This document shows positions 1 through 14,721 of a DNA stretch of 64,000 bases, one piece after another. Source of the DNA: Eledone cirrhosa (Eukaryota). The notes beneath the pieces are model-generated. The model did not search any database. It had not been told where the DNA came from and saw only the letters and a program-made list of their open reading frames with translations. Where the stretch lies: assembly GCA_964016885.1 (NCBI GenBank), contig CAXHJY010001595.1, forward strand, positions 13,509 through 77,508, in the 5' to 3' direction. The first letter of the stretch is position 1, and each line of letters begins with the position of its first letter. Both the position numbers and the translations under genes were made by a program.

Positions 1-62
1 TCCCGTCTTACTATTTCTGCCGATGGTTTTACCATTCTCATCTCCTTGATTACTTCTATATA

Positions 63-954
63 TAATAATAATAATAATAATGAAATTATTGTGTACAGTG
101 CTCAGGTGCACTACAACTCATCAAAGGTGCATGTATAGTACATAGAATAATGTTCAAATGTCAGGAAAATGAAGAGTGTACGAGTCATGAAATATATGTG
201 TATGGAGGGGGGAATATTAGGTGCGGTGTTGGCGAATCTCAGGAAGCATGGAAGTTTTAAAGGATGCAGTGTCTCAGCAGGTAGTTTGTTCCATGGAGGT
301 TTTAAAGGATGCAGTGTCTCAGCAGGTAACAACTGATGCAGGTAGTTCATTCCATGGAGGTTTTAAAGGATGCAGTGTCTCAGCAGGTAACAACTGATGC
401 AGGTAGTTCATTCCATGGAGGTTTTAAAGGATGCAGTGTCTCGGCAGCTAACAACTGATGCAAGTAGTTTGTTCCATGGAGGTTTTAAAGGATGCAGTGT
501 CTCGACAGCTAACAACTGATGCAGGTAGTTTGTTCCATGGAGGTTTTAAAGGAGGCAGTGTCTCGACAGCTAACAACTGATGCAGGTAGTTTGTTCCATG
601 GAGGTTTTAAAGGATGCAGTGTCTCGACAGCTAACAACTGATGCAGGTAATTTGTTCCATGCTTCAGCAACTCTGAGCGCGAAAAAATATTTCCGAAAGT
701 CATGGGAGCTGTGCTGTTTTCTGACTTTGTAGGCATGCCCACATGTATTATACACATGGAAATGAAAAAGATGCTCAGGGTTGTTGTTGACAAGATGGTT
801 AATAATTTTGTGGGTGTTTACCAAGTCAGTTGTCAGACGTAAGAGCTTCAATGTATCCATGCCCAGGGAAGCAAGGAGTTCAGAGTATGGTAGATGCCTG
901 ATGGAGGGTATTCACTTGGTTGCACGTCTCTGAACAGTTTCCAGGAGGTCAATG
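63..954 (-). mobile_element. 5'-truncated CR1/Jockey-group LINE 3' end with (TTA)n tail
   Basis: ORF 570-860 MDTLKLLRLTTDL...RKYFFALRVAEAWNKLPASVV matches the CR1-type RT C-terminus. Confidence 0.85.
291..656. repeat. Six 61-bp tandem units inside the LINE 3' end
   Basis: CCATG recurs at 291, 352, 413, 474, 535, 596 and 657; the unit is single-copy in the related element at 36910-37274. Confidence 0.95.
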
Positions 955-1363
955 TATATATAGAATCCAGAGATGTTCACACATACACGAAAGCTAAATT
1001 TATATATACATACTTTCCATTTTCAAAAGAAATGTAACTAAATACTTTTATATTTAGCTCTAAGAAATCAAACCTTTGTATACGAGACCTGCTAAGAAAC
1101 GGAACTAAAACCATCTCTACACAGGAAGCAGTTACTTCCACCATCTTCAAAGAAAGGTAAATAAACTGTGAAATAAAAGAATAAATCAAACTTCTTCTTT
1201 GTTGCTTTATTATTTTGTTCATCTCCCTGATTGTATAGATGTAGGATCTAGAGATGTACACCCACTCACAAAGCTACATTTATATATACTATTCATTTTC
1301 AAAAGAAATAAAACTATATGTAGCTCTAAGGAAATGAACCTTTATATATATATATATATATAT

Positions 1364-1703
1364 GGAGGCACATGGCTTAGTGGTTAGAGCATTGGCCTTG
1401 CAATCGAAAGGTTGTGAGTTCAATTCTCAGACCGGGTGATGTGTTGTTTCCTTGAGCAAGACACTTTATTTCACATTGCTCCAGTTTACTCAGCTGTAGA
1501 AATGAGATGATAGGGACCGGGTTCCCTATCATTCCACTGCAAAGTGGACGTGTAGGCGCCACGGCAAAAAAGCACCCGGCACTCACTGTAAATGAGGTTG
1601 GTGTTAGGAAGGGCATCCAGCTGTAGAAATCAAGCCAAAATCAGTTCCCGTCCCACCCTTGCAAGCAGGGAAAAGCGGACATAAAATGAAATGAAAAATG
1701 AAA

Positions 1704-1707
<4 letters not shown>
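1364..1707 (+). mobile_element. tRNA-derived CORE-type SINE with RTE-derived tail
   Basis: A box TGGCTTAGTGG, B box GAGTTCAATTC, CORE-like CCTTGAGCAAGACACTT, tail identical to RTE 3' ends in this window. Confidence 0.88.
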
Positions 1708-1738
<31 letters not shown>

Positions 1739-3930
1739 ACATATTTTCTTCCTTCTTACTCTAGAAGACATCTCTTTTATAACTATAGCTTCTCTCAATA
1801 CACACACAGTTGCATTTTATTATATATATATATATATATAGCTTCTCTATATACATACTTTCCTCTAAGAAACATAATTCAGTAGCTAGAGACAAACACA
1901 AAGATACATACATACTTCTCTCTCTCTCTCTTTATATATAGACCTGTTTCATTTGAAATGTGTCTAAAGAAAAGAGACCAAGAATGTAGATGAAGTGTCA
2001 AAATAAGTTTCTACATTCTTAGTGAATCTACTACACACATGCACACACACACTCATATCAGAAGAGGTTAGATGAGTCGCAGCTAATTGCACCTAGTACC
2101 CTGAGTAAGAGATTTGGCTGCTATTTCTAACAGGTTTAGAGACTACTATCTTCCAAACATTTTCGTTTTACACCCCTCACTCTGTACTCGATTTCAAATT
2201 ACTGGGTGTCTGTGGAAGCTGGGGTAAACTGAAATATCTCCACTGGTAACTTAATTAATGTTACACCAGTATTCCTCAAGCATAAACTATTTGACATTTG
2301 TTTGTAAGAGGTCCTGGTTTTTATGCCTTCTTAAATAGAGTATATATACACACACAATACTTACATGCATATACATAAATTAATGGTTTACTCTGTACAA
2401 AGGGATTAAGTTGTTTTTTTTATCATTATTTCGGATTTTATATGAAAACATATTGTAGTTATACACACATTGAATTTAAGTATTCATTATTCAATTTTAC
2501 ATACACATACATTATATATATGTTAGTTCCGTGGGTAACTACAGTTACTAGTGATAGACGCCCAGCATCCGATGATGTTGCATTGTCCGTCTTGTGTTGA
2601 GTCCTGTTCCAGAGTTGAGGCAGCTGTAGAGTGTGAATAAAAGTAAGATCGAAGACACTGTTGTAGTATATATATATATAAACTTTATTGGCATATTACA
2701 ATTGTTTTAATATCAATAAAGTCAGGGTACAATCATAATATATATAGATGTATGTATATATATTCTTAACATAACACAGGATTGCATCTTATTTACTCAT
2801 CTCATGTCACCTCCTCCACTAACATACTCCTGACAAACTCCTCTTTTATCACCAAAGGGTCCAACTCCACATTTATCACTATGTCCAGTCCTTCCTGTCC
2901 AGAATGTCGTTTATATTTTTCTATAAAAAGTAGGTTTCCAACAGTTTAAGTATGTGGAACTCCTTTTATGTCTTTCTATTAAAAATGACCCCCCATTCCT
3001 TGTGGGTGTATTTGTGTACAAATTATATTAAGGGGTTTCTGTACATTAAAAAACAATAAAAATGACCCCTAGATTTAACAAGATTTCATATTAACAGACA
3101 CACTTCCTCCTCATAGCAATTTAAATTGTAGGTTTACTATCCAGTGCCTTTATGTGTATTTGTCTTACCTCTAATAAAGTTTTAAATGGTTTGACTACAT
3201 GTCCAAATAACGTTCCTGTATGGGCTGAGAATTAAAAAAATACTGTTATGAATTGATTTGAAAGCCAGCCACGGTATTCCCTAGCTCCATGTATTACCAC
3301 TGGGCCATAGAGACTTCAACAGTTATTTGGTAAAAAAAAAAATAATAATAATATAATAATAATATATATATATACATTTTCGATTTCATCTTTTTTTCTT
3401 TATACTTTCACTCGTGTAGGACACCTCGGTTATTTTTCATTTTGTTAAAAAAAACCTCATTTTCTAATATATATATATATCCATTAAGTATTTCGTCAAT
3501 ATATATATAAACTTATTTTCAGGCTAATAATAAAATAACTTTAAATTTGTTAATTTTCGCTCAGTATTTGTTGGTCTGTAGGTGGCTGCGTGGGTAGTTG
3601 TGATGTATCTATGCATCCATTAAGTATAGATGGGAGGTAGGGTTTCAATCTCCTTTATCTAAATTTAAAATATTTTACTTTTTTAAATTAATGGTCTCTA
3701 TTATCTTCTGGGGACAGATTCATCACAAAGCCATATTTTTAGTTCCCCCCTCCACTCGAACATTCACTACCTAGTTACACTACCACTTTACCATACACCC
3801 ACTAAGCAGCCATACTTCTACTGTACAAATTTAATATATAATTGAAAAAATATACTGTTTCACTATTTCATAAGCTCTGGCAGGTATTAAAACTTCATAT
3901 ATCGATTCATCTTAATCTCACGTCAAACAA

Positions 3931-3974
<44 letters not shown>

Positions 3975-5455
3975 TAAAAATTATTTTTTTGATAATTTTT
4001 CACTGACATAATACATTGATAGGATTTCCATTCTCAGAAATATCCCCACTAGAGATGTTTCTTTATTATTTTCTTCGAAATTAGTTTTAATTTTATAATA
4101 TATATATATATATATATATTTCCTGGCAGATATCAAAGTCCCATTTAAATACATTATATTTGACTTGGGTGAAATTAAACAAAAATAATAATCATATTTT
4201 ATAATTTTTTTATTTTCCAGTGCAAAAAAGGGACATTCAAACCGGGGTGACCCCCCCCCCCCTTCTGCTCTAAAAACTGCTGATTCTTTTTTCCAGGGAG
4301 AAAGAAAAAGAGATTTTGTTTTCTCTTCAAACGTTATAATTTTGCACTTGACTTATAATTCCTTTTTCTTCTCTTTAGGTTGAATAAAGCTCAACATAAC
4401 TCGTGTTAGTCTTCAGTCAAGGACCTGTTTTTACTATATCTGCTTCAAGCTGTTATGGGTGGGGTGAGGAAGTAGAACCCAAAGTAAAATGTCCAGTTAA
4501 GGGTTCGCTCCGTAGAAAGTGTCAAAAGAAGGGACACTGATATAAGGTTTGTAGGTATACGCAACCTAACAAATGGATTTTAAAGTTATCGGCAATTAAA
4601 TATAACTTAAAAATAAGCAATATTGAAGACAATTCTGACCAAGATTAGACAAGTCTTACTTCCATATTAGCATCTGTCAATTTAGTAGATCACCTAACAA
4701 CTTTGTTTATTAATAATCACAAAACAAAGCCACTTATTGACACTAGACCAGAGAAAACATTCATTTAACAAGAATTACTACAACGATGGGGTGAGAAGAT
4801 CATGGTATCTAAATCAGAACATTTCTTTAACAAAGACAAGCGTGTTAAAAGTAGAAGCGATATTCACAGTGCATAGAAGGTATACTAGAGCCACAAACAT
4901 TTATATATATAGGTCTCACGTTTCTTTAACAATAACAAGCTGATTTAAGTAGAAGGGACATTCATAGTGTATAGAACTTGGAAATAACTTCTATGAAATA
5001 TATTTTCTGGTGGCTAAGAACTTAGCAGCTCCAGTTAGAATTGTGTTACACAAATTCAGTATTTTTCTATCGAAATTAAACTTAAAGGTATACTAAAGCC
5101 ACAAATGTTTTTCTATATATGTCTCACCTAAAGTAAAAAACGTACGAATTATTACAAGGAGTGTAAACATGAAATAAAGCTAATAAATGTACTGCCAAGA
5201 AGGCGACCTAAGATTTGCACTTCACTTAAGAAGAAATTAAACTTATGCTTACATCGACAACATAATGAAGGTTGGAAAGGATATCCACTGAACCTGACGA
5301 ATCTACAACTAGAGGTGGAAGACAATAGAAACGACCATCCTACCTGAAATATTATGTTATGATATGAAATATATTTCTTTTACTCTCGTGTTTTTGTTTG
5401 AAACGTTTGAATCTGAATAAAGTGGAGAAAACTATTATATACTGTTGTTATATCA

Positions 5456-5643
5456 CGGTGAATTGGCAGTATCGGTAGAGAGTTGGACGCCATGCTTTGA
5501 CGCATAGAGTTACTGCCCTTGCCATTCTGAGTTCAAATCCCGCCGAGGTTAACTTTGCCTTTCATCCTTACGGGGTCGATAAAATAAAGTACCAGTAATG
5601 TACTGGGTAATTGCTGGCCTTGTGCTAAAAGTAGAAACAATTA
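5456..5643 (+). mobile_element. Second tRNA-derived SINE family (Meta/MESC-like central domain)
   Basis: GAGTTCAAATCCC B box, then GCCTTTCATCCTTACGGGGTCGATAAAATAAAGTACCAG; absent from the paralogous sites near 8385, 12290 and 23870. Confidence 0.8.
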
Positions 5644-6052
5644 TACTTTAGCTTTAACTTGACTTATTATTCCTATCTCTTCTCATTAGAAAGAATCCAA
5701 GATTAATAATGAAATCCTATATGTGTATAAATACAATGTATGTAAGTGTGTGTGAAAGTATATAGTAATAATATGCATGTTGACAACATGTTGTATAAAC
5801 AAAGCAAGTCAATCTACAGTTATACACGAAGACGGACGGCATAAAAACTGTTACCTCTTACAACGAATGCCAAAGACATTATGTTTTGTAATTACCGGTG
5901 CAACTATTTCAGTTTACCCTTTTATAAATTCACTCCAGTCATTTCAAACGAGTTCAGAGTACCGGGAATAATAAAAAATAAACCGTTCGCCGAAGTTTCT
6001 CAATCTGCTAAAAATAGCAGCCAAATCTGCTCTAAGGTGTAATAAACCGTGA

Positions 6053-6138
<86 letters not shown>

Positions 6139-6144
6139 TATGTT

Positions 6145-6182
<38 letters not shown>

Positions 6183-6994
6183 TACACAAATATATTAGTG
6201 TATATATATTGGAATGTATATAAATATACTGTATATTAGTCCATATATTCCTAGACCACCTACAAAGAACGAAAAACCGCAAATATTGCACTTGGTCCTT
6301 TAAAATGCCGCTAGTAGTCACAATGTAACGTAAAAAATAAAATTAAAAAATATAGGGACCATCTTATACGAAGGGACGTCGAATAGGCCGGCAAATTTGG
6401 TATATTGTTATTAATATAGCGTTAAAAATATATATTGAGACGAAGAAGGCCATAAAACAAATTGCGGAAGATATTCACGATTCCGCGAATATGCGGTTGT
6501 TTCAACAAATAATTATTAGTTAGGGGTCTAAGGAAAATGCCGGGGGTACACTGTACATATATAGTGAGAGAGAGAGAGTGAGAGCAAGAAATAGCTTTGA
6601 CTGCTATTTCTAGCATAAAAAACAGAAACCGGAAGTGGAGAAAATTGAAAAACTTCTTTTTCCTCCTCTAACTTTTCAAACAAAAGAAAATTTTATGTAA
6701 ACAAGAACGAAATTTTTCGCAAGAAAGATAACTCTTCCCTGACTTAAATCCAAAATTGGGGTACAAAAAAATTGCGGGTGTGTAGTTTAGATACACTCTT
6801 GTTATTACTAGCTAGTCCTTCTTATCTTGCGGCCTTTGACTGCTATTTCTAGCAAGCCCTTCCTTTTTTTTGTTGTTCTCTGGGCTTTGGCTGCTATTTA
6901 TAATAAATTTCCTTCATTTTATTCACATTTTATGGTATATAGCTGCTATTTCTAGCATGTCCTTTCTTTTTCTGTGGTTCTCTATATATGTATG

Positions 6995-7054
<60 letters not shown>

Positions 7055-7771
7055 AGTGTGTGTATAGATACCTGTGTTTATATATATATATATGCATTAC
7101 ATACGTGCATATATATATGTTTATTCATAGATGCATGCAGAACATCAGAAAACGGAAGGACATGCTAGAAATAGCAGTCAAAGGCCGCAAGATAAGAAGG
7201 ACTAGCTCGTAATAACAAGTGTGTATCTAAACTGCACACCCGCAATTTTTTTGTACCCCAATTTTGGATTTAAGTCAGGGAAGAGTTATCTTTCTTGCGA
7301 AAAATTTCGTTTTTGTTTACATAAAATTTTCTTTTGTTTGAAAAGTTAGAGGAGGAAAAAGAAGAAGTTTTTCAATTTTCTCCACTTCCTGTTTTTGTTT
7401 TTTTATGCTAGAAATAGCAGTCAAAGCAGTATATATACCGTGTATCCGGGCATTTGCAGTCCCGGTTTTTCGCGGAATCTTCCATAGAACCTAATTAATA
7501 ATTGTTCGTGGAAATCACCGTATATTTGCGGAGTCGTAAAGATCTTATGCGATGTTTTAATGTTTTTTTTCGTGGCAATTTATATTTTTAACGCTAAATT
7601 ATTAAAAACAATATACCGTATTTGCCGGTCTATTGGACGCACCTTCGCATAAGACGATCCCTCTATTTTTATTAAATTTTACGTCCTATTTTGGACTGAC
7701 ATGTAATATATTTATACGTATATTTATATACATACCAATATATATATATATATATGTACTAATATATATAT

Positions 7772-7877
<106 letters not shown>

Positions 7878-9949
7878 ATTCATATATATATAAATAGATA
7901 GATATAGATATATTAATGTACATACATATACACACATATCTGTCTATCAATATCTATGTATATATATGTATGAGTCACAGTTTATTACACTTTGGAGCCA
8001 GAGTGAGAGATCTGGCTGCTATTTTTAGCAGATTTAGAAACTTCGGCAAATGGTTTACTTTTTATTATACCCGGTACTCTGAACAGGTTTGAAATGACTG
8101 GATTGAGTTTATAAAAGGGTAAACTGAAATAGTTGCACCGGTAATTCCAAAACATTATGTCTTTGGCTTTTGTTGTAAGAGGTAACATATTTTATGCCGT
8201 CTGTCTTAGTTTATAACTGTAGATTAACTTCCTTTGTTTATACAACATGTTGTCAACATGCATATTATTACTATATACTTTCACACACACTTACATTTAT
8301 ACACATATAGGATTTCATTATTAATCCTGCATTCTTTCTAATGAGAAGAGATAGAAATAATAAGTCAAGTTAAAGCTAAAGTATAATGATATAACAAGAG
8401 TATATAATACTTTTCTCCACTTTATTCAGATTCAAACAAAAAACACGAGAGTAAAAGAAATATATTTAATATCATAATATAATATTTCAGGTAGGATGGT
8501 CGTTTCTGTTGTCTTCCGCCAGTAGTTGTAGATTCGTCATGTTCAGTGAATGTCCTTTCCAGCGGTAATTATGTCTTCGATGTAATCATAAGTTTAATTT
8601 CTTCTTAAGTGAAGTGCAAATCTTAGGTTGCCTTCTTGGTGGAACATTTATTAGCTTTATTTCATGTTTACACTCCTTGTAATAAATCGTAATTTTTTAA
8701 ACTTTAGTTGAGATTTATATAGACAAATATTTGTGGCTTTAGTATACCTTTAAGTTTAATTTCGATAGAAAAATACTGAATTTGTGTAACACAATTCTAA
8801 CCGGAGCTGCTAAGTTCTTAGCCACTAGAAAATCTATTTGATAGAAGTTATTTATAAGTTCTATACACTATGTGAATATCCTTTCTACTTTTAATAAGCT
8901 TATGTTTGTTAAATAAACGTTCTCTGATCTTCTCGCACCATCGTTGTAATAATTCTTGTTAAATGTATGTTTTGTCTAGTCTAGTGTCAATAAGTGGCCT
9001 TGTTTTGTGATTATTAATAAGCAAAGTTGTTAAGTGATCGACTGAATTGACAGATGCTAATATGGAAGTAAGACTTGTCTAATCTTGGTCAGAATTGTCT
9101 TTATTGTTGATTATTTTAAAGTTATATTTAATTGCCGATAACTTTGAAATCTATTTGTTAGGTTGCTTAGACCTACAAACCTTATATCAGTGTCCCTTCT
9201 TTTGACACTTTCTACGGAGTGAACCCTTAACTGGACATTTTATTTTGGTTTCTACTCCCCCACCTCACCTATAACAGCTTGAAGCAGATATAGTAAAAAC
9301 AGATCCTTGACTGTTTAGATTGACATGAGCTATGTTGAACTCTAATTGTAGACGTAAAATGTTGAGGTTTATTCAATCTAAAGAGAAGAAAAAGGAATTA
9401 TAAGTCATGTGCAAAATTAACGTTTAAAGACATAAAAAAAAGTATCTCTATTTCTCTATAGGAGAAAAAATCGGCTGTTTTTAGACCAGGGGGAGGGGAG
9501 GATTGACTCAGTCGGGTTTAAATGCCCATATGGTGGTAATTACGGCATCCCCAATACAATAGTTAAGTGTCTATGAAACCCACGCATTTCTGAGACTGAA
9601 AACCTTACTAATGTATTTTTATTTTGATTTTGATACTGGAAAATAAAATTTTTAAAATATTAATATTTTTTAATTCACGAGTCAGGAACGAAAATTATTC
9701 GATCTTTCTTCGAGCTGATCAGCATTGAAACATGTGTAATATGTATATGATATATTTAAATGAATCTATAGATGGGATTTCGAAACCTGCCAGGAATTAG
9801 GAAATCGTAAAATATATATTTCTTTTTATTTAAAACTAATTTTCAAAGTAATAATAAAGAGATACAAGACACATCTCTAGTGAGGATATTTCTGAGATTG
9901 GAAACCATATCGATGTATTTTGTCACTGAAAAATTATTTAAAAAATAAT

Positions 9950-9983
<34 letters not shown>

Positions 9984-12911
9984 ATATATATGTGTGTGTG
10001 TGTTTGACGTAAATGAAATTAAAATAAATCTATATATGGGGTTTCGATACCTGCCAGAGCTTATGAAATACTACAATGATATTTTTTCGTGCTTTCAACT
10101 ATTCCAGATACCTTATGTGGGTCTTTATAAAAGAAATGATAAAATAGATTTAAATATATTAAATTTGCACAGCAGAATTATGACCGCTTGGTGGTCGTCT
10201 GGTATCGTAGTTAGTGGTTGTCTGGTATCGTAGTTAGTGGTCGTCTGGTATCGTAGTTAGTGGTTGTGTAGCTAAGTACTGATGGTTCGAGCGGAGTGCG
10301 AACTAAAAAGGGGGTCCCGAGATCAGAAACATTATTTTAATTTTAAAATAAAATTATTTTAGACAAAGGAGATCGAAACCCTACCTTTAATCTAACATAC
10401 CTAAACTCTGCATAGATACACCACAACTACCCACACGGACACCTACAGATCGACAAAAGCGAACTGAAAATTAACACACTTAAAGCTATTTTACTATTAG
10501 ACTGGAAATAGGTTTATATATATAAATATTGACCAAAGTATTGTGTCAGTCTTTGTAGTCCAGTGGTAAGACATAGAGCGAGGGAATGCCGTGGTTGGCT
10601 TTCGAATCAACTTATTATAATTTCATTTTTTTTATTTTCAGGCTGTAGAGGAACTTACTTCATTTCAACACGTAGTCATACCATTTAAAACTTTATTTTC
10701 TCTCTCCCTAGACATAGGACAATCGGCAAATAAACTTGTTTCATTTCAACACATATTCATACTGTTTAAAACTATGTTTTTCTCTCGCTAGAGCTATATA
10801 TATATATATATACATTATATTTTTTATAATTTTTCAGTGGCAAAATACATCGATATGGTTTCCAATCTCAGAAATATCCTCACTAGAGATGTGTCTTGTG
10901 TCTCTTTATTATTTCTTTGAAAAGTAGATTTAAAAAAATATATATATATATTCCACTATTTCCTAATTCCTGGCAGATTTCGAAATCCCATCTATAGATT
11001 CATTTAAATATATCATATATATATTTAATTACATATGTTCCAATGCGGATCAGCTCGAAGAAGGATCGAATAATGTTCGTTCCTGACTCGTGAATTAAAA
11101 AAAATTAATATTCAAAAAAATTTTATTTTCCAGTACCAAAATAAAAATACATAAGTAAGGTTTTCAGTCTCAGGAATGCGTGGGTTTCATAGACACTTAA
11201 CTATTGTAGTAGGGATTCCGTAATTACCACCATGTGGGCATTTAAACCCGACTGAGTCAATCCTCCCTCCTCCTGGTCTAAAAACAGCCGATTTTAAACG
11301 TTAATTTTGTCTTTAAACGTTAATTTTGCACTTGAATTATGATTCCTTTTTCTTCTCTTTAGATTGAATAAACCTCAACATAACTCATGTCAATCTAAAC
11401 AGTCAGGGACATATTACTATATCTGTGGCAAGCTGTTGTGGGTGAGGTGGGGGAGTAGAAACAAAAATAAAATGTCCAGTTAAGGATTCATTCCGTAGAA
11501 AGTGCCAAAAGAAGGGACACTGATATAAGGTTTATAGGTCTAAGTAACCTAACAAATAGATTTCAAAGTTATCAGCAATTAAACAAAACTTAAAAACAAG
11601 CAATAATGAAGACAATTATTCCTTCCATATTAGCATCTGTCAATTCAGTAGATCACTTAACTTTGTTTATTAATAATCACAAAACAAGGCCACTTATTGA
11701 CACTAGACCAGACAAAACATTCATTTAACAAGAATGACACGAGAAGATCAGAGAACGTTTATTTAACAAACATAAACTTATTAAAAGTAGAAGGAATATT
11801 CAGAGTGTATAGAACTTGGAAATAACTTCTATCAAATAGATTTTCTAGTGGCTAAGAACTTAGCAGCTCCGGTTAGAATTGTGTTACACAAATTCAGTAT
11901 TTTTCTATCGAAATTAAACTTAAAGGTATACTAAAGCCACAAATGTTTTTCTATATATGTCTCACCTAAAGTAAAAAACGTACGAATTATTCCAAGCAGT
12001 GTAAAGATGAATTAAAGCTAATAAATGTACAACTAAGAAGGCTACCTAAGGATTTGCACTTCACTTAAGAAATTAAACTTATGCTTATATCCACAACCTA
12101 ATTAAAGCTGGAAAGGATATTCACTGAACCTGACGAATCTACAAGTACAGGAGGAAGACAACAGAAACGACCATCCTACCTGAAATATTATGTTATGATA
12201 TTAAATATATTTCTTTTAAATATCATGTTTTTTTTCTTTAAAACGAATCTGAATAAAGTGGAGAAAAGTATTATATACTGTTGTTATATCATTATACTTT
12301 AGCTTTAACTTGACTTATTATTTCTATCTCTTCTCATTAGAAAGAATCGAAGATGAATAATGAAATCCTATATGTGTATAAATATAATGTATGTAAGTGT
12401 GTGTGAAATTATATAGTAATAATATGCATGTTGACAACATGTTATATAAACAAAGGAAGTTAATCTACAGTTATACACGAAGACAGACGGCATAAAAACT
12501 GTTACCTCTTACAACGAATGCCAAAGACATTATGTTTTGTAATTACCGGTGTAACTCTAATTATATTACCGGTGCAACTATTTCAGTTTACCCTTTTATA
12601 AACTCACTCCAGTCATTTCAAACGAGTTCAGAGTACCGGGAATAAGAAAAAATAAACCGTTTACCGAAGTTTCTAAATCTGCTAAAAGATAGCAGCCAGA
12701 TCTCTCACTCTGGCTCCAAAGTGTAATAAACCGTGACTTATATAGATAGACAGATATATATATGGATAGATAGATATAGATAGACAGATATGTGTGTGTG
12801 GATATATAAATATGTATGTACATGTATGTCTATATATATATATATATATATATTGGTATGTATGTAAATATTCGTATAAATATATTACATGTCAGTCCAT
12901 ATAATCATATA

Positions 12912-13427
12912 CAGTTGTCCCCCGGTATTGGCGGGGTTCCCTTCCTGGGGCACCCGTAAAGAGTGAAAAACACCGAATATTGGACTTGGTTCATAAAAAT
13001 GCCTATTAACACCAAAATAGGACGTAAAATTTAATAAAAATAGAGGGATCGTCTTATGCGAAGGGGCGACCATAAACCGGCAAATACGGTATATTGTTTT
13101 TAATAATTTAGCGTTAAAAAATATAAATTGCCACGAAAAAAGGCATTACAATTCGCGGATCTTCACGATTCCGCGAATATCCGGTGATTTACGCAAACAG
13201 CTATCGGTAGAGGGTCGGACTCCATGCTTTCCAGCATAGTTACGTCTCTTTACGATCTGAGTTCAAATCCCGCCGAGGTTCACTTTGCCTTTCATCATTA
13301 CGGGGTCGATAAAATAAAGTACCAGTAATGTACTGGGTATTTGATGCCTTAAGGAGAAACAGTTATTAATTAGGTTCTAAGGAAGATTCCGCGAATAACA
13401 AGGAGCGTAATGCCGGGGGGTATACCG
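12912..13427. mobile_element. pogo/Tigger-type MITE with a nested TACCGTATTT-ended fragment and a SINE insertion (13204-13338)
   Basis: TA-flanked termini CAGTTGTCCCCCGGTATT / AATGCCGGGGGGTATACCG; reverse copy at 22911-23263, partial copies near 6240-6553 and 7437-7700. Confidence 0.65.
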
Positions 13428-13856
13428 TATATATACTGCTTTGACTGCTATTTCTAGCATAAAAAATAAAAACCCGGAAGAGGAGAAAATTGAAAAACTT
13501 CTTCTTTTTCCTCCTCTAACTTTTCAAACAAAAGAAAATTTTATGTAAACAAAAACGAAATTTTTCGCAAGAAAGATAACTCTTCCCTGACTTAAATCCA
13601 AAATTGGGGTACAAAAAAATTGCGTGTGTGCAATTTAGATACACACTTATTATTACTAACTAGTCCTTCTTATTTTGGTTTGTTTTGGGGCCTTTCACTG
13701 CTATTTCTAACATATGCTTCCTTTTTCTGTTGTTCTCTGGGCGTTGGCTGCCATTTTTAATAAATTTCCTTCATTTTTTTCACATTTTATTGGATATAGC
13801 TGTTATTTCTAGCATGTCCTTTCTTTTTCTGTGGTTCTCTATATTTGTATGTATAA

Positions 13857-13911
<55 letters not shown>

Positions 13912-14313
13912 GGTACCTGTATTTATATATATATATTTATTTATATATATATGTACTACATATATATACACACACGTGCATATATATATATGTGTTTATT
14001 CATACATACATACAGAACAACAGAAAAAGGAAGGACATGCTAAACATTGCAGTTAAAGGCCCCAAAACAAACCAAGATAAGAAGGACTAATTAGTAATAA
14101 TAAGTGTGTATCTAAATTGCACACACGCAATTTTTTTGTACCCCAATTTTGGATTTAAGTCAAGGAAGAGTTATCTTTCTTGCGAAAAATTTCGTTTTTG
14201 TTTACATGAAATTTTCTTTTGTTTGAAAAGTTAGAGGAGGAAAAAGAAGAAGTTTTTCAATTTTCACCGCTTCCGGTTTTAGTTTTTTATGCTAGAAATA
14301 GCAGTCAAAGCAG

Positions 14314-14354
<41 letters not shown>

Positions 14355-14668
14355 CTCTCTCTCTCTATATATATATATACACAGTGTACCCCAGCATTCT
14401 CGGACTCGGTTATTCGCGTAATTTTCCTTAGAACATAACTAATAATGATATATATATATATATATATACTAATACAACCACAGACATATATATATGTGTG
14501 TGTATGTATATATATGTATATGTATATATAAATGTATATATATATCACTATATACATACACACACATATATAAATATGTGTGTGTATGTATACAGTGATA
14601 TATATATACATTTATATATACATATACATATATATACATACATATATATATATATACACACACATACA

Positions 14669-14721
<53 letters not shown>

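Noticed and set aside
1364-1436. tRNA gene
   Set aside because: A/B boxes run directly into a SINE body and tail in multiple copies; no proper acceptor stem.
5011-5060. miRNA-like TAGCAGC seed in the conserved block
   Set aside because: No convincing ~60-nt precursor hairpin by eye; a 7-mer match alone is not evidence.
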